From the NCBI GenBank assembly GCA_965240325.2, contig OZ251235.1:2058503-2122502 (forward strand): a stretch of 64,000 nt of DNA. The letters run 5' to 3'. The notes beneath the pieces are model-generated. The model saw nothing but the letters and a program-made list of their open reading frames with translations, did not search any database and was not told where the DNA came from. Position numbers and translations under genes: made by a program. This stretch comes from Rebecca billardiae RCC1528. Taxonomy: Eukaryota; Protista; Haptophyta. Below, piece after piece: positions 11,641 to 23,639 of the stretch (the stretch's first letter is position 1; each line of letters starts with the position of its first letter).

Positions 11641-13464
11641 TCATCGCGGCGCCGATCGCGAGCCGGGCCCGTCAGGATTCAGCAGGGCTGGACACGCCCA
11701 GGAGCCTTTCTTCATCCCGCCGAAGCGCTGCAGCCGCATGCGCTGCATACACAGCCGCTTGCGCACGTCGGGCCCTTCGTCGCCGCCTTGCCGCCGCGCG
11801 TCCTCGCCGCCGAGCCGGAAGCTGTGTGCCAGGCGGTCGCAGCACGCAGAGTTGAGATTCACAATCTCCTGCCCGTGCAGGCACGCCATCTCGGAGACCT
11901 TCAGGCCGTACCCGCCGCCGCCGTAGAAGAAGCGCTCGCCCGCGTGCAGCGCGTGCACCAGCTCGTCGTCCGGGTGCCCCCCCAGCCGCAGCGCGACGGT
12001 GGCGCCGCGCGCCTGGAAGTAGCGCCGGAGCGCGAGCACGTACAGGCACGACTTGGTCACACTCTCCTGGACGGCCGTTACGTAACGGCCGTCCCCAAGC
12101 TCCAGCGACCCGACGCCGCCGGCGTGTGCAGCGGCCATCAGCGTGAGGTTCTTGCCGGCCACGCAGTCCAAGCTCTGCAGCGGCAGCACGTACGCGTTCC
12201 ACACCCGTGGACCCGCGCGCGGGTAGAAGTATGTCTGCTGCCGCAGCATCTGTGCGAGCGAGTCCGGGGCCTCGTCGATCACGTCGCCGATGCGCAGGTG
12301 GACAGTGCCTGCCGGCTGTGCGGGCGCGCGGCGGGTGGCGCGGGTGGTATCGGGCTGCAGGCGGAGGCTCGCGAGCCGATACAGCGCGCGGTGGTCGGCC
12401 CAGCTCCCCGCCCACGACGGCGCGCTCCGATTGTGCCACGCCTCGAGCTGCGCTACGATGAACTCGGCCGCCAGCGAGCCGTTGAAGTCCGCGCACACGC
12501 GGCCGCAAGTGCGGTTCTTCCAGGGGAAGTCCTTTGCGATGAAGTCAGAAAGGCGATAGCGCTCCCAGCCGCTGGGCGGGCGGAAGCGGCGCAGGAACGC
12601 CTCGTCGTAGCACGGCGCGCTCTCTCGCTGCACCCGCGCGGCGGTGGCGCACTCGGCGGCGACGTCGGGCCAGCCAGGCGGTCGCTGCGCGCCGAGCGCA
12701 CACGGCAGTGAGGTGTTGCCGCGGAGGGACCGTGTCTGGTAGCCGCCGTCGGCGAGCGCGCGCCAGCGCTTTGAGCGGCCAGACCGGGCGAAGGCGAGTG
12801 TGCCCGGGTGGATGAAGCTCAGCAGCTCCCTCCCCGAAAGCACGACCTCCTGGCCGACGCCGCAGCACGAGGCGGCAAAGGAGCACGCGCACGCGAACGC
12901 TGAGCGTTCCGTGCTGCGCAGCAATATTCCGACGTGCTTCAGCCACGCAGGCGCGAGGCCGGTGGGCGAGCCGAGCTCGGCGACGATGCGCACGTCCACG
13001 CGTGCCAGCGACGCCGCGCTCATCAGCGCACGCAGCGGCCCGATTTGGCTCGGGCACCTGAACGCGATGACGCTGGGCTGTGTCGCATTCGCTCCGCCCC
13101 GCCACGACCGGATATGTGCAGGAAAGCTGAGGAGGCGTCGCGAGAGCTGCGAGGGCGAGACGTCCTGCTCGGCGAACGCGCTGGAAAACCTGGTCACGTA
13201 GTCGGGCACCCACGCGCACGCGTCGCACTCCGTCATCAGCTGCACCCAAATTCGCACAGCGTCGGTGAGCACGCACACGTATCGGTGCCGCAGGGAGTAG
13301 AATGCCTTCGGGGCGCGGTGAGCGTCGTACACGTCAGGGTCCGCCGCGAGCTTTGCCGGGTCGGCCCCCGTCGGCCTGGGGTCAGCGGGGGCGACCCCTT
13401 GCAGTCCCCACGAGATGCAGAGCGCGGCGATGACACCCGCGCCTCGACCAGCTCGCGCGGCCAT
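11641..13464 (-). CDS. Secreted or membrane-anchored protein with a C-terminal fucosyltransferase-like (GT11-type motif) domain
   Basis: Signal-like GVIAALCISWGLQG. C-terminal VHLRIGDVI (HxRxGD) followed by RLGGHPDDE...FFYGGGGYG, resembling GDP-fucose-binding motifs. Strong GC3 bias. Confidence 0.6.
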   Translation of the reverse strand: MAARAGRGAGVIAALCISWGLQGVAPADPRPTGADPAKLAADPDVYDAHRAPKAFYSLRHRYVCVLTDAVRIWVQLMTECDACAWVPDYVTRFSSAFAEQDVSPSQLSRRLLSFPAHIRSWRGGANATQPSVIAFRCPSQIGPLRALMSAASLARVDVRIVAELGSPTGLAPAWLKHVGILLRSTERSAFACACSFAASCCGVGQEVVLSGRELLSFIHPGTLAFARSGRSKRWRALADGGYQTRSLRGNTSLPCALGAQRPPGWPDVAAECATAARVQRESAPCYDEAFLRRFRPPSGWERYRLSDFIAKDFPWKNRTCGRVCADFNGSLAAEFIVAQLEAWHNRSAPSWAGSWADHRALYRLASLRLQPDTTRATRRAPAQPAGTVHLRIGDVIDEAPDSLAQMLRQQTYFYPRAGPRVWNAYVLPLQSLDCVAGKNLTLMAAAHAGGVGSLELGDGRYVTAVQESVTKSCLYVLALRRYFQARGATVALRLGGHPDDELVHALHAGERFFYGGGGYGLKVSEMACLHGQEIVNLNSACCDRLAHSFRLGGEDARRQGGDEGPDVRKRLCMQRMRLQRFGGMKKGSWACPALLNPDGPGSRSAPR

Positions 13465-13478
13465 GAGTGACGAGCCTA

Positions 13479-14109
13479 CAGGGGGTCCCAGATCGGAAGT
13501 TTCCCACTTCGGAAAGGAAGCCATGGCGGGCGTCTGATGCCCGTCCCACGGCAACCCAGCGCCATGGCCGGGTCACCGGGGCGTGGCGTAGGCAGGTTGG
13601 TGCGGTCGTACGAGCGCATGAGCATGAGTGACAGCTTCCTTTCCGACTTTTCGACCACTCTCACGTCCACGTCCACGTCCTCGTGCGACCGGCGCGCGCG
13701 TGAGGCTGCGCATGGGAAGAATGGGAAGTAGGGGCCAGGATCACTGTTCCGACGGCCATGCCGACCTCTTTGGTATGCCTTGCGACGGTGCAGACCAGTC
13801 AATGTTCCGTCTGACCCAACAAACCGCGAGTCTGACGATCAATGTTGACTGCGCGGTAGTCGTGCGACCGCCGTCCGACACGGCTGCCGTGCGAATACGT
13901 GTGCAGCGTGTGCGCGCCTGTCAACGGCGAGGCGATCATCGACCGACATGGCTAGCGAGCTGATCAGGACTAGTAACAACCTTGTCTGGGACCACGCCAC
14001 GCCATTTGGCGACCTCGCCACCGCGCAATGCCCGTCCAGAGGCACGGACGTGCCCGCGCACTACCTGGCCAGCCACCGCCAAAGTGGGGCCCACCATCTG
14101 GACCCCCTG
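13479..14109. mobile_element. Tc1/mariner-type MITE, copy 1 (631 bp)
   Basis: TIRs CAGGGGGTCCCAGAT...ATCTGGACCCCCTG with TA on both sides. Homologous along its length to 53489-54121. Confidence 0.88.
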
Positions 14110-14635
14110 TACGGTACTACAGGTACGGTTCGGTACAGGCAATCGCGGGCAATAAGGAGCGATTGGCTGGCTCGCTATACACATAGTCACACTAAGAAAC
14201 CGGGACTACGTCGTCGCGGCTGACGTCTGACGAGTGGTCCGCCGAGGCGCAGTGCCCGTGGGACGCGACGCGCAGCGCGACTACGAGTACAGGCCAAGTG
14301 CCGACTTCTCCTGCCGACTGACTCCTGGCCAGTGCAGCTGAGTCACTCAGTGAGTGCACCGCAGCATCCATGCAACATCATGCCAGATTTGCTCCGGCAA
14401 AATGGCCCAAAAGTTTCGTCGGCCTCTCCGGCCGGGCCTAAATCTGACTCAGCGGGGGGCTCTGGCACCCCCCTGCGCCCCCCACGCCTGCGCGGCGGGC
14501 GGACCTAGCTAAGAAACTGAGACTCCGTAGGCGCTCGGGCTACCGAACGGCTAAGAAACCGAGACTAGCCGTGAGATCTCTGACGACTTCTTATTGCCCG
14601 CGCCGATTGGCGATTGCCTGTACTCAGATGTCCGA

Positions 14636-14684
14636 TATATATGATATATATATATATATCATATATATATATATATATATATAT

Positions 14685-14751
<67 letters not shown>
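14636..14751. repeat. (TA)n microsatellite
   Basis: Read directly. Confidence 0.95.
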
Positions 14752-14753
<2 letters not shown>

Positions 14754-14926
14754 CTGGGACGCAGGGCGGGCGCGGGGCGCAGCTTACCGCAGTTACAGTT
14801 TATAATAAATATTTGCTTTAAGAGCATACTGTTTTAACGTGCGTAAGGCTCACGGTGGCAGGTTGCCGCGCCATCCTTTATCGCACGCTCTCCGAAGAGT
14901 AGAGACCTGGAAACTGGTTATAGCGC

Positions 14927-14960
<34 letters not shown>

Positions 14961-14982
14961 TATAAAGCCTGCGCTAATATAT

Positions 14983-17900
14983 CACAGCGCAGGATTCCGG
15001 GAAAAGATGTCGTAAGCCCCCCCCGCCGCGCGCGGAAATTCAGTATGGCTGCCGACGACGCGGCGAGGGCGCGGCGACGCGCGCGCGCGATCCCGGACGA
15101 CTCGAATGAATTTCCAAACCGGCGCTGGGCAGGCCCCAGCCATCGCTCGTCGCGTTTTGGCCGTGTTGCAACTGGCCCGCGGAGCAGCCGACGAGCAACG
15201 TTGTCAGCCGGTGAGGCGCTCGTGCACGCGACTCAGATGTGCCCACTGCATGCACTGGCCAAGACTTGGGCGTGGATATGTGCGAGACGTACCAAGTGTC
15301 TCAGCCAGCCACCGTGTACCACGGACAGGCCTGGCTCAGGGCCCTGCCGAATTGATTTCAGCGTCGCGATGAGCTGCGCGGTGATCGCTGCTCGGCTCTG
15401 GCAGCCAGTTGGTTCCACGTCCTCGTCAACGCCGGCTCATCTGCGTGGTGGAGAGCTTCTTAAGGGCACGTTCGTGGTCAACGGATGCGCATGAGCCTGT
15501 AGGGCCCCTTCGTCCGTCTCGCCCCGCCGTTCAAGCGCTCTGGCCCTGTTCGCGCTCGTGCTTGCACTCGTCGGCAAAGGAGCCATTGCCAAGGTGATCG
15601 TGCACGTGTGCGCGCGCGCGATGCGGCGCACGAGGCTGACCCTCGCGATGATATTCTAGCTGCGGCCCTGCAATTAGGCCGAACTCTGAACTCACCGTCA
15701 ATGCGTGCCGTCCATCGCGTGCTCCGCAGGTTCGCAATCACTCGCGGCAGCGGTGAATGCAGCACTCAATCCGTGATTGCGGTAGCGTGGAGCATCTGCT
15801 CGTCTCGGCTGAGCTCCGCTCGGGACAGAGGGCGAACTCACGATGGACGAAGCTGGACACGTCCAGGTGAGCGTACGCAGGTAGCCACCGTTGCGTGCGA
15901 CAGCCCCGACCAACCCGCTCCAGCCGCTGTCGGCCCGAGAAGAGCCCTGCCGCGGCGCAGACGATACGCGCTGCGGCGGGCGCTCTGCCTTGCTCAGCTT
16001 GCGACTCGCCTGGCTCCTGCCTCACATGGCGGTGGGCGCGCCCAATACGCGCAGCAGGCGGGTCGGCGCAGGTGGCCTGTCGCCTCTGGCATCGCCCAAG
16101 CTGGCAGCCCTGCCACCGCCCCATCAGCCCGCCTTCGGCGCTGGCCGTCGGCGGCGGGCCACACGCGCGGCAGTGGGCCACCGCTGGCCGCGCTCGCGCG
16201 AGCGCGCAGCAGGTGGCTCGTCAGCGTCGGCGGTCTGCCGCTGCAGCCCGCCTTCGAGCGGTCTGCCACGCCACCGCAGCACTGCGCGCCGTCGACGCTG
16301 GCGGCCAGCTTCTGCCCAACAGAGCTCAGGTCGGCACGCCGCCGTTGATGGCACTGGGTCTGGAGTGGTCGTCGTCGACGCGGGCGACGGTGGGCGCGGT
16401 GGAGGCTACGGCGCGATTGGCGGCGCCGCTGCCGAGCGAGGCGGGCGGGCTCGCGCTGGCGGCAGACTGTGACCGTGACTGCCGGATGGCGCGGCGGGCT
16501 CGGCGGCCGAGTCGGCGGCGCCGCCGCACGGCGATGGCAGCGGCGCGGTCCGCGCCTGCGCGCGGCCGTCGTCATTCATATCCGCGCAGTCGCGCACCGT
16601 CAGCGGCCGCGGGCCGCGCCGTGCTCGGTGCTGCGCGCGTGATTCGTCGTGTCTCGTGAACGTCGTCAGTCTCAGCAGTCGGACGACGTGCCAGCACGCT
16701 GACACAGACTATACCTGACTCTGACGACCTGACGGCTGATTTATGCCGCTGCCCGGCCGCCGCCGGCTGGCCCGCGTGGCTCGGCCGGCATCGTGGCCCC
16801 GGCCGGCGGGCCGCGTCGCCAGCGCGCCGCCCGCGGCCGCGGCCGCGCGGGGCCGGGAACCGTGGGCAGTGCGTGTGGCTGCGCCAGCGGCAGCGGGTCG
16901 TCATCTGCGGTGCCAGTGCGCGACTTATTAGCGGATGCGCTCATCAGCAGTGACGACCTGGGCGAGTCTTGAGTCTGATGATCGACGACGAGTCTGGTCG
17001 GGTGCTGACGACTATACTAATAATCCGCGGCGCGTCGACAGCTTCCCTCCGCGCCGAGCCGAGTGCCTGAGTGATTACCGCGGTGCCCGAGTCACTACTG
17101 AGCCGAGTCACACCTGGGTGCCGAAGTCGTAGGCGCGGCGAGCACGCAAGCATGCGATGCGTCTTGTCCACCGCCCGGCCTGCGTGCGCCATCGCCGTCT
17201 TTGCGCGGCCGACTCGAGCTGTCTGCTGCGCGGTCGCACGACCAGCATGGCCGCCTCGCTGCTAGAGCCAGACCGGTGCAGCACCACGGCAAGTGTGCTC
17301 GCACAACACTCGCAACGATCGAGTGCGGCGATGGGCGAGCTGCGCCTTGGGTATGGCTGCGACGTTGAAGAGAGTGCCGTGCCCCATCACAGCCCTCGTG
17401 CCGAGGTACACGCGCCCGTGAATATGCGCGCTCTCGGTCATCGGCATCTCCGCGCGCTCGAGACAGCGGATGCGCTGGCCGAGACCGGATGGACGTGTGC
17501 AGCCAGGGCTCCGTCAGCTGCAAGTTGTCAACTGCGCGCACGACACGCGGGTTTCGGGCGAGAATTGTCCATAAGTCGGTGATGCTCTTGCCATGGCAGA
17601 TGCGCCGCATGCCGTCCAGCGCATCGTCGCCGAGCCGAGGGGTCGCTGCGCGCGCCACGACGGTCGAGCGACTGCCGCTGATCATCAGGTGTAGGCGCCC
17701 ATGGCACGTGCGCGCGTCCACGCGGTGCAGCGAGTGCCCAAGGTGCGCCGAATGGCCCGATCGAGGCGGGGTGCACTCCTCTGGAGGGTACGTCACTGCT
17801 CAGCCGCAGAGCCGCGGGCAGCTCGTTCGTCTCCACCCCGTCCCACCGTCAGGTACTCGCTCGACTTGATCGTCGACTCGTCGCTCTGCAGCAGCGCAGC

Positions 17901-18580
17901 TGTGTTGCGCACGCGTCTGGAACCAGCACGCATGGTCTTGGTGCCGGTTGGCGTCGATATACCAGAGCCCACATCACGTGATATGCGCCGCACCAGTCGT
18001 TGCCCGCCAGGCCCTCATCCGGCTTCGCCATGGCCTGCGCGACGGTCGGTCGGATCGCGGCGAGCGGTTGGGCGGGGGTGGGGTCACTCGACGTTTGTGT
18101 CGTGCTTCGTGCAGTTTTTGCGCTGTAGGGCGCGCGGACCACGGCAATCGCATGGCAGCCCTGACCCCAGCAACAACCACTTATTCACCGAACCCCGCCA
18201 GATACCAGCTTCTCGCGCCGCGCGTGTCGCAAGCCGCACACCAGCCATTTCTCGAGCGGTCGGTGCACGCGTGGGCACATTGGCCGATCGACGAGCCGGT
18301 GGCGAGCCTCTACCGCGGGGTAGTAGTGGGGAACACAACCGCACACATGCACATCAACAGCGATCGATCGAACGCGCCGGCGCTGGTCGGCATCGCCGCC
18401 GTCTTCGCTCGCCCCAGGGTCGAGAAGCCCGTCGGGAGCGCACTTTCGCGCGACGCCGCCGTCCGAACGCGCCTCGTCGCGACCGTTCGGGCGACCGGAG
18501 GCCATTTCGGGCTAGACCATTTTCGGCGATTTTCCCGGATATTACCTTACGACACTGGAAAATCGGATCCCTGCGCTGTG
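14983..18580. mobile_element. CAC-terminated non-autonomous TIR element (~3.6 kb; CACTA/Transib-like ends)
   Basis: Left end CACAGCGCAGGATTCCG..TGTCGTAAG (14983-15016) matches the right end reverse complement CACAGCGCAGGGATCCG..TGTCGTAAG (18546-18580). TATAT flanks both sides. Confidence 0.72.
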
Positions 18581-18859
18581 TATATTAGTCGCGTCGTAGT
18601 ACCGTTAATGATTCTGATGCAGCCGCGTTACGAGTGCCATTCCCGCAGTATGCCGCGCCGCTGCTGTGACGATCGACTCACGACTCTGTCGGACCGAGTG
18701 AGCGACTGGCACGGCGTGCCGACCGACACTGACATCACACGTAAGTCATCGGCGGAGTAACGTTTCGCAAGCTAATAACGCTTCATGAGTGCAGTCATCG
18801 CACTCGTTGCCGGCCTGCCGCGCTGGCTGAGCTGGACCGCCCACTGCACTTGTTCGGGC

Positions 18860-20352
18860 TCAGATGGCCGTGGTTGGGTTGAGAGAGGAGAGCTCGATGT
18901 CCTGCGTGCTGTAGAACTCAGCCAGCAGTCGGTAAATGTACGACGCGTGCGTGCCGCCACTGCGCAGGTGGCACCATCCGGCGTGCACGCCGCCGGGCGC
19001 GCGGTGTGTGGAGTGCGTGAGCGGAGGGTCTGCGGGAGGCCGCCGCCGAGCGGGCGCAGCGCGCGCACATATTCGTGATGAAGAGCGAGATCAGCTCGGG
19101 CGCGATGTAGTCGAACGCCGGGCTCGGCGAGTCCGCGGCGAACACGCCCGCGCCCGCGCATTCCCGGCCGGTCGAGTGCGGCTGCCGCGCGCCCTCCGCG
19201 GGCGCACCGTGCTCGTCAGCGCGCGCGCTCGCGTCGAGCTCAAGCGCAGCCGTGTCCTCGTAGGCGAGCACAGACGCGGGCGAGAGGAGCACGTTGAAGT
19301 CGTCCGCGTCGGACGGGAAGATGGGCGTGAGCTGCGGGATGCCCGCGCACACGACGAACGGCACCGAGTGGTGCTGCGCCGCGAGCGCGACCGCGTGTGC
19401 GCCCGCGGGTGCCAGCAGCCCGCCGTCCGCCATCACGGCGTGTGTGCCGATGATCACCTTGTTGATGCGCGCCATGAGCGCGAAGACGGCGGCGTCGGTG
19501 ATCAGGGTCGCCTGTATGCCCGCCTCGGACAGCCGCCGCGCCGTGTCCGCACCCTCGTAAGAAGGGGCCGTGTCCGCCACGATCACCTCGAACGGGCGCT
19601 CCGTGCGCGCCACCCGCTTGAGGAACGCCTCGACGATGCGCGAGCGGCCGAGGGTGAGGATCACCTCGCGCGCGTGGATGTGCTCGGGGGCCTGCTCGGC
19701 GATGTTGACGACGAGCGTGCTCAGCTCGTCGATCAGCTCGTTCACCCCGTCGATGATCGGCTGCTTGATGTCGTGCACCGCGCCGCCCGCCAGGCCGCCA
19801 CTCGCGCCGCGCGTCGCGTCATTAGGCCGCATGTCCGCAGCCAGCAGGTTGTGAAGCGACGGCGCGGTGGAGAAGGTGGCGGGCGGCTGCGACGACGGGG
19901 TCGTGGGCTGCAGGGCGTGCGCGGCGCCGGCATCGCCCCGTCCGCGCTCCTGCTCGCGCGCGAGCCCGTCTATCTCCTCGCGCACGATGTGCAGCACGCG
20001 CCGCACAATGTTGCCGATGCAAAGCTCCTGCGGAGCCGCACGAACCAGCTCGGCGCCGACTGCCTGAAGCCGCTCGATGAGCTGCGCGGGGGTCTGCCAG
20101 CGCGTCTGCACGACCACGCTTCGCATCAGCTCGGCTGTACGCGGCGCCGTCTGGTGGAAGCCCGAGAGCTGCCTGCGCATCGGACGGCGCGCGCGCAAAC
20201 GAGCCGCAGCGCGCGTGCCAGGGCGCGCGTGAGCTGCGAGTCGGCGCGATGGGCAGCGCGCCCTGCTGCGGCCGGGCGCCAACAGCGGCGTACCGTCGCT
20301 TCAGCTTGGTCGTCAAGACGGCGATCTCACGGTCCAGCGCAGCCGATGACAT
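18860..20352 (-). CDS. EIF2B2: Translation initiation factor eIF2B subunit beta
   Basis: Motifs IGNIVRRVL, EHIHAREVILTLGRS, ITDAAVFALMARINKVIIGTHAVMADGG, PAFDYIAPELISLFITN and GGTHASYIYRLLAEFY. Exons 20352-20294, 20172-19069, 18959-18860. Confidence 0.95.
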
Positions 20353-21289
20353 GTCGACGGCGACGAGTCTACGACCACGAGGGCGTGCACGGGTACGATG
20401 GCGGAAGCAATGGCGACGATGGCGGCTCCTCACCAGAACCCCAGCCCCCAAGGCTTGAGGTCCAGTAAGGTCTGGCGTTTGCCACTGGCGACTGCACACG
20501 GCAACAGGGGCGTTTGCGCCCTGTTGTCGTGTGCACACTGGGGCGCAAAAGGGGTCACCCTCAGGGGGTTTCGCACTGCTGTTGCCGTGTGCACCGGCCC
20601 GCTGTGGCCGTGCACACGGCAACAGGGCGCAAACGGCCCTGTTGCCGTGTGCAGGCGTGCATGGCTTGCGATGGCAGCCAGCCGTCAGCAGGGCGCCACG
20701 CCCACTGTTCGTTGGTAGGCTGGCCCGATGGCGTCGCGGAGCTCACGCGTACGGGGGAGGAGGGCATCGACGAGGAGACGACCAAGGGCGAGAAGCAGCA
20801 GGGGGCACGCAGCACGGGGCTCGGAGCATGCCGCGAGCACGCGTGCCTCCACACCGTCGCACATCAACCTTGCTCGTAGCTGTGCGCTGTGCTGCCACTC
20901 ATCTCACCATCGCCCATGCTACGGGCGCGGCCGGGTGGTGGGCATCTACCTGTCGGCGCAGCACTGGCACCGGTGGTCGCCAGACACTCCTCGACTTGCT
21001 CTGCGCGTCACAGCAAGGAGACGGCAGCGGCACAGCTGTGTGAGCTCGCAGATGAAGTGCTCCTCTGCTTTGCGAGGCTGAGAGGCTGAGCACGCGTGGC
21101 GAGCGCTGGCATTCCCCCGCATTCATGAGACCAACAGGTACATAGCCGTGCCCAGGAGCGCAGGACCAACCGCCGGGTGCTGCTTCAAACACCTGCGCCC
21201 CACTCTGCCGGCAGAATGAGGGGCGCTCTACTCTATGCTGCACGCGGCAGCAGCAGCTGGGCCGCTGGGATGGTCCTGCACGGATGACG

Positions 21290-22860
21290 GCGGTCGCCGC
21301 GGCTGACAGCTTGGTGTCACTGGTTCGAAGGGCCTGGACGACGGACGCGCCGAGCGTGGTGACGCTGCTCGATGCGCCCACGGCACTGCCAAGCGCGCTG
21401 GAGCCGCTGCCTCGAGCACTACTGTGCCCGCGCCCAGCTTGGGCAGCAGCAGCTGCGCTCAACTCCACGCCGCGTGCCGTGGCAGCAGCAGGGATGGTGC
21501 CACGGCGGCCGGCGGCGGTCGACGGAGCTGTCGGCTCGGCGGTGCACGCCCGAGGGGCCTGGGCGCTGGGCGCACCGAACGCGGTGCCGCTGCTCGCCTC
21601 GCCCATGGCGCTGGAGCCGCTGCCATCCGACGCTGCTGCGCCCGCGCCCAGCTTGGGCAGCAGCGGCTGCGCTCGACTCCGCGCAGAGTGCGGCGGCAGC
21701 AGCAGGGATGGTGCTACGGTGGGCGACGACGGTCGCTAGAGCTGAAAGCTCGGCGGTGCGCGCCCGAGGGGCGTAGGCGCTGGACGCACCGAACGCGGTG
21801 CCGCTGCTCGCCTCGCCCATGGCGCTCGAGCCGCTGCCATCCGACGCTGCTGCGCACGCGCCAAGCTTGGGCAGCAGCGGCTGCGCTCGACTCCGCGCAG
21901 AGTGCGGCGGCAGCAGCAGGGATGGTGCTACAGTGGGCGACGACGGTCGCTAGAGCTGAAAGCTCGGCGGTGCGCGCCCGAGGGGCCTGGGTGGTGGGCG
22001 CACCGAACGCGGTGCCGCTGCTCGCCTCGCCCATGGCGCTCGAGCCGCTGCCATCCGACGCTGCTGCGCACGCGCCAAGCTTGGGCAGCAGCGGCTGCGC
22101 TCGACTCCGCGCAGAGTGCGGCGGCAGCAGCAGGGATGGTGCTACGGTGGGCGACGACGGTCGCTAGAGCTGAAAGCTCGGCGGTGCGCGCCTGAGGGGC
22201 CTGGGCGCTGGGCGCACCGAACGCGGTGCCGCTGCTCGCCTCGCCCATGGCGCTGGAGCCGCTGCCATCCGACGCTGCTGCGCCCGCGCCAAGCTTGGGC
22301 AGCAGCGGCTGCGCTCGACTCCGCGCAGAGTGCGGCGGCAGCAGCAGGGATGGTGCCACGGCGGGCGGCGGCGGTCGACGGAGCTGTCAGCTCGGTGGTG
22401 CACGTCCGAGGGGCGTAGGCGCTGGACGCACCGAACGCGGTGCCGCTGCTCGCCTCGCCCATGGCGCTGGAGCCGCTGCCATCCGACGCTGCTGCGCCCG
22501 CGCCAAGCTTGGGCAGCAGCGGCTGCGCTCGACTCCGCGCCGCGTGGGGCGGCAGCAGCAGGGATGGTGCTACGGTGGGCGACGACGGTCGCTAGAGCTG
22601 AAAGCTCGGCGGTGTGCGCCTGAGGGGCCTGGGCGGTGGGTGCATTGAGCGCGCTGACGCCTCTCGCCTCGCCCGGCGCGCTCGAGCCGCTGCCATCCGA
22701 TGCTGCCGCGCCCGCGCCCTGTCGCGCCGAGTGCGGCTGCAGCATCAGGGATGGCGCCACGGCGGGCGGGCGGCGGTGCATGCAGCTAGCAGCTCGGTGC
22801 TGCACGCGCGAGGGGCCTGGGCGGCAGACGCGCGCAATGCAGTGACGCTGATGCACGCGT
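21290..22860 (+). repeat. 214-bp tandem satellite array, about 7 copies (left arm)
   Basis: Anchor GAGCCGCTGCC at 21401, 21614, 21828, 22042, 22256, 22470 and 22684. Confidence 0.95.
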
Positions 22861-23639
22861 CAGGCGCGCTGGCCAGCCCCCGGAGCTGTTGCTACGACAC
22901 TTCTTCTGTCCTGCTGCGAGCCGAGCCGCCAGCAGGTTCCGGGGCGGCGGGCAATGCCGGTCAGCTCATATTCATAAGGCCGGCGGCGCAGACCAGTCGT
23001 AGCCCGGCAGGTAGGCGATGCAGAAGTTATCAGCAGCATATCATGCATCGTCATCACTACATCAGCATCCGCCTATAGACGAGTACTACGTAGTATAGAA
23101 CTGCTCTTTATCCGACTAGCCGTTCAGAGCGCGCGCAGTATATACTCCGACTATATACCGGTCGATGCATTATAGCCAGCCCCGGGGCGGCGGCTGTCCG
23201 ACACTCTGCCGTCATGTGCGTATATAAGTGACTCTTACTCCACCTAGCGGTCTATCCGGATCGGTACCCTGGCGGCGGTGTTGTCGTCTGTCCGCCGTCA
23301 CAGCCTGACTCGCGCGCGTAGCTAGTCACTTATCAGTGATGTGATGGTCTCGTCGTCTGCGTCCGGACCGTGTCGACGACAAGTCGTGCTGGGCCCGGCG
23401 GCTCACAGTGTAATAAGTTAGTAGTAGCTAACTCATATCAATGCAAGAGCATCAGTAGTGAGCAGCAGCAGTAGCAGCTCGACTGCTGGCGTCATCACCG
23501 TGCTACACTCCGGCGCGACACGGTCACGGTCAGCTGGTCAGCATCAGTCCGTATACTTACGCCGGGACCGTAGTACTGTAGTTGAGTACGTAGTATACGT
23601 AGTTTTAACGACGCGACCGGTCGGCGCGCGTGCCAAGCA

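Noticed and set aside
14190-14570. Helitron-like 3' end (GC hairpin then CTAG near 14505) and three CTAAGAAACYGRGACT motifs
   Set aside because: Weak stem and no identifiable 5' end.
21400-22860. CRISPR-like array interpretation of the regular repeats
   Set aside because: Whole units repeat with no unique spacers, there are no cas genes, and the context is eukaryotic.
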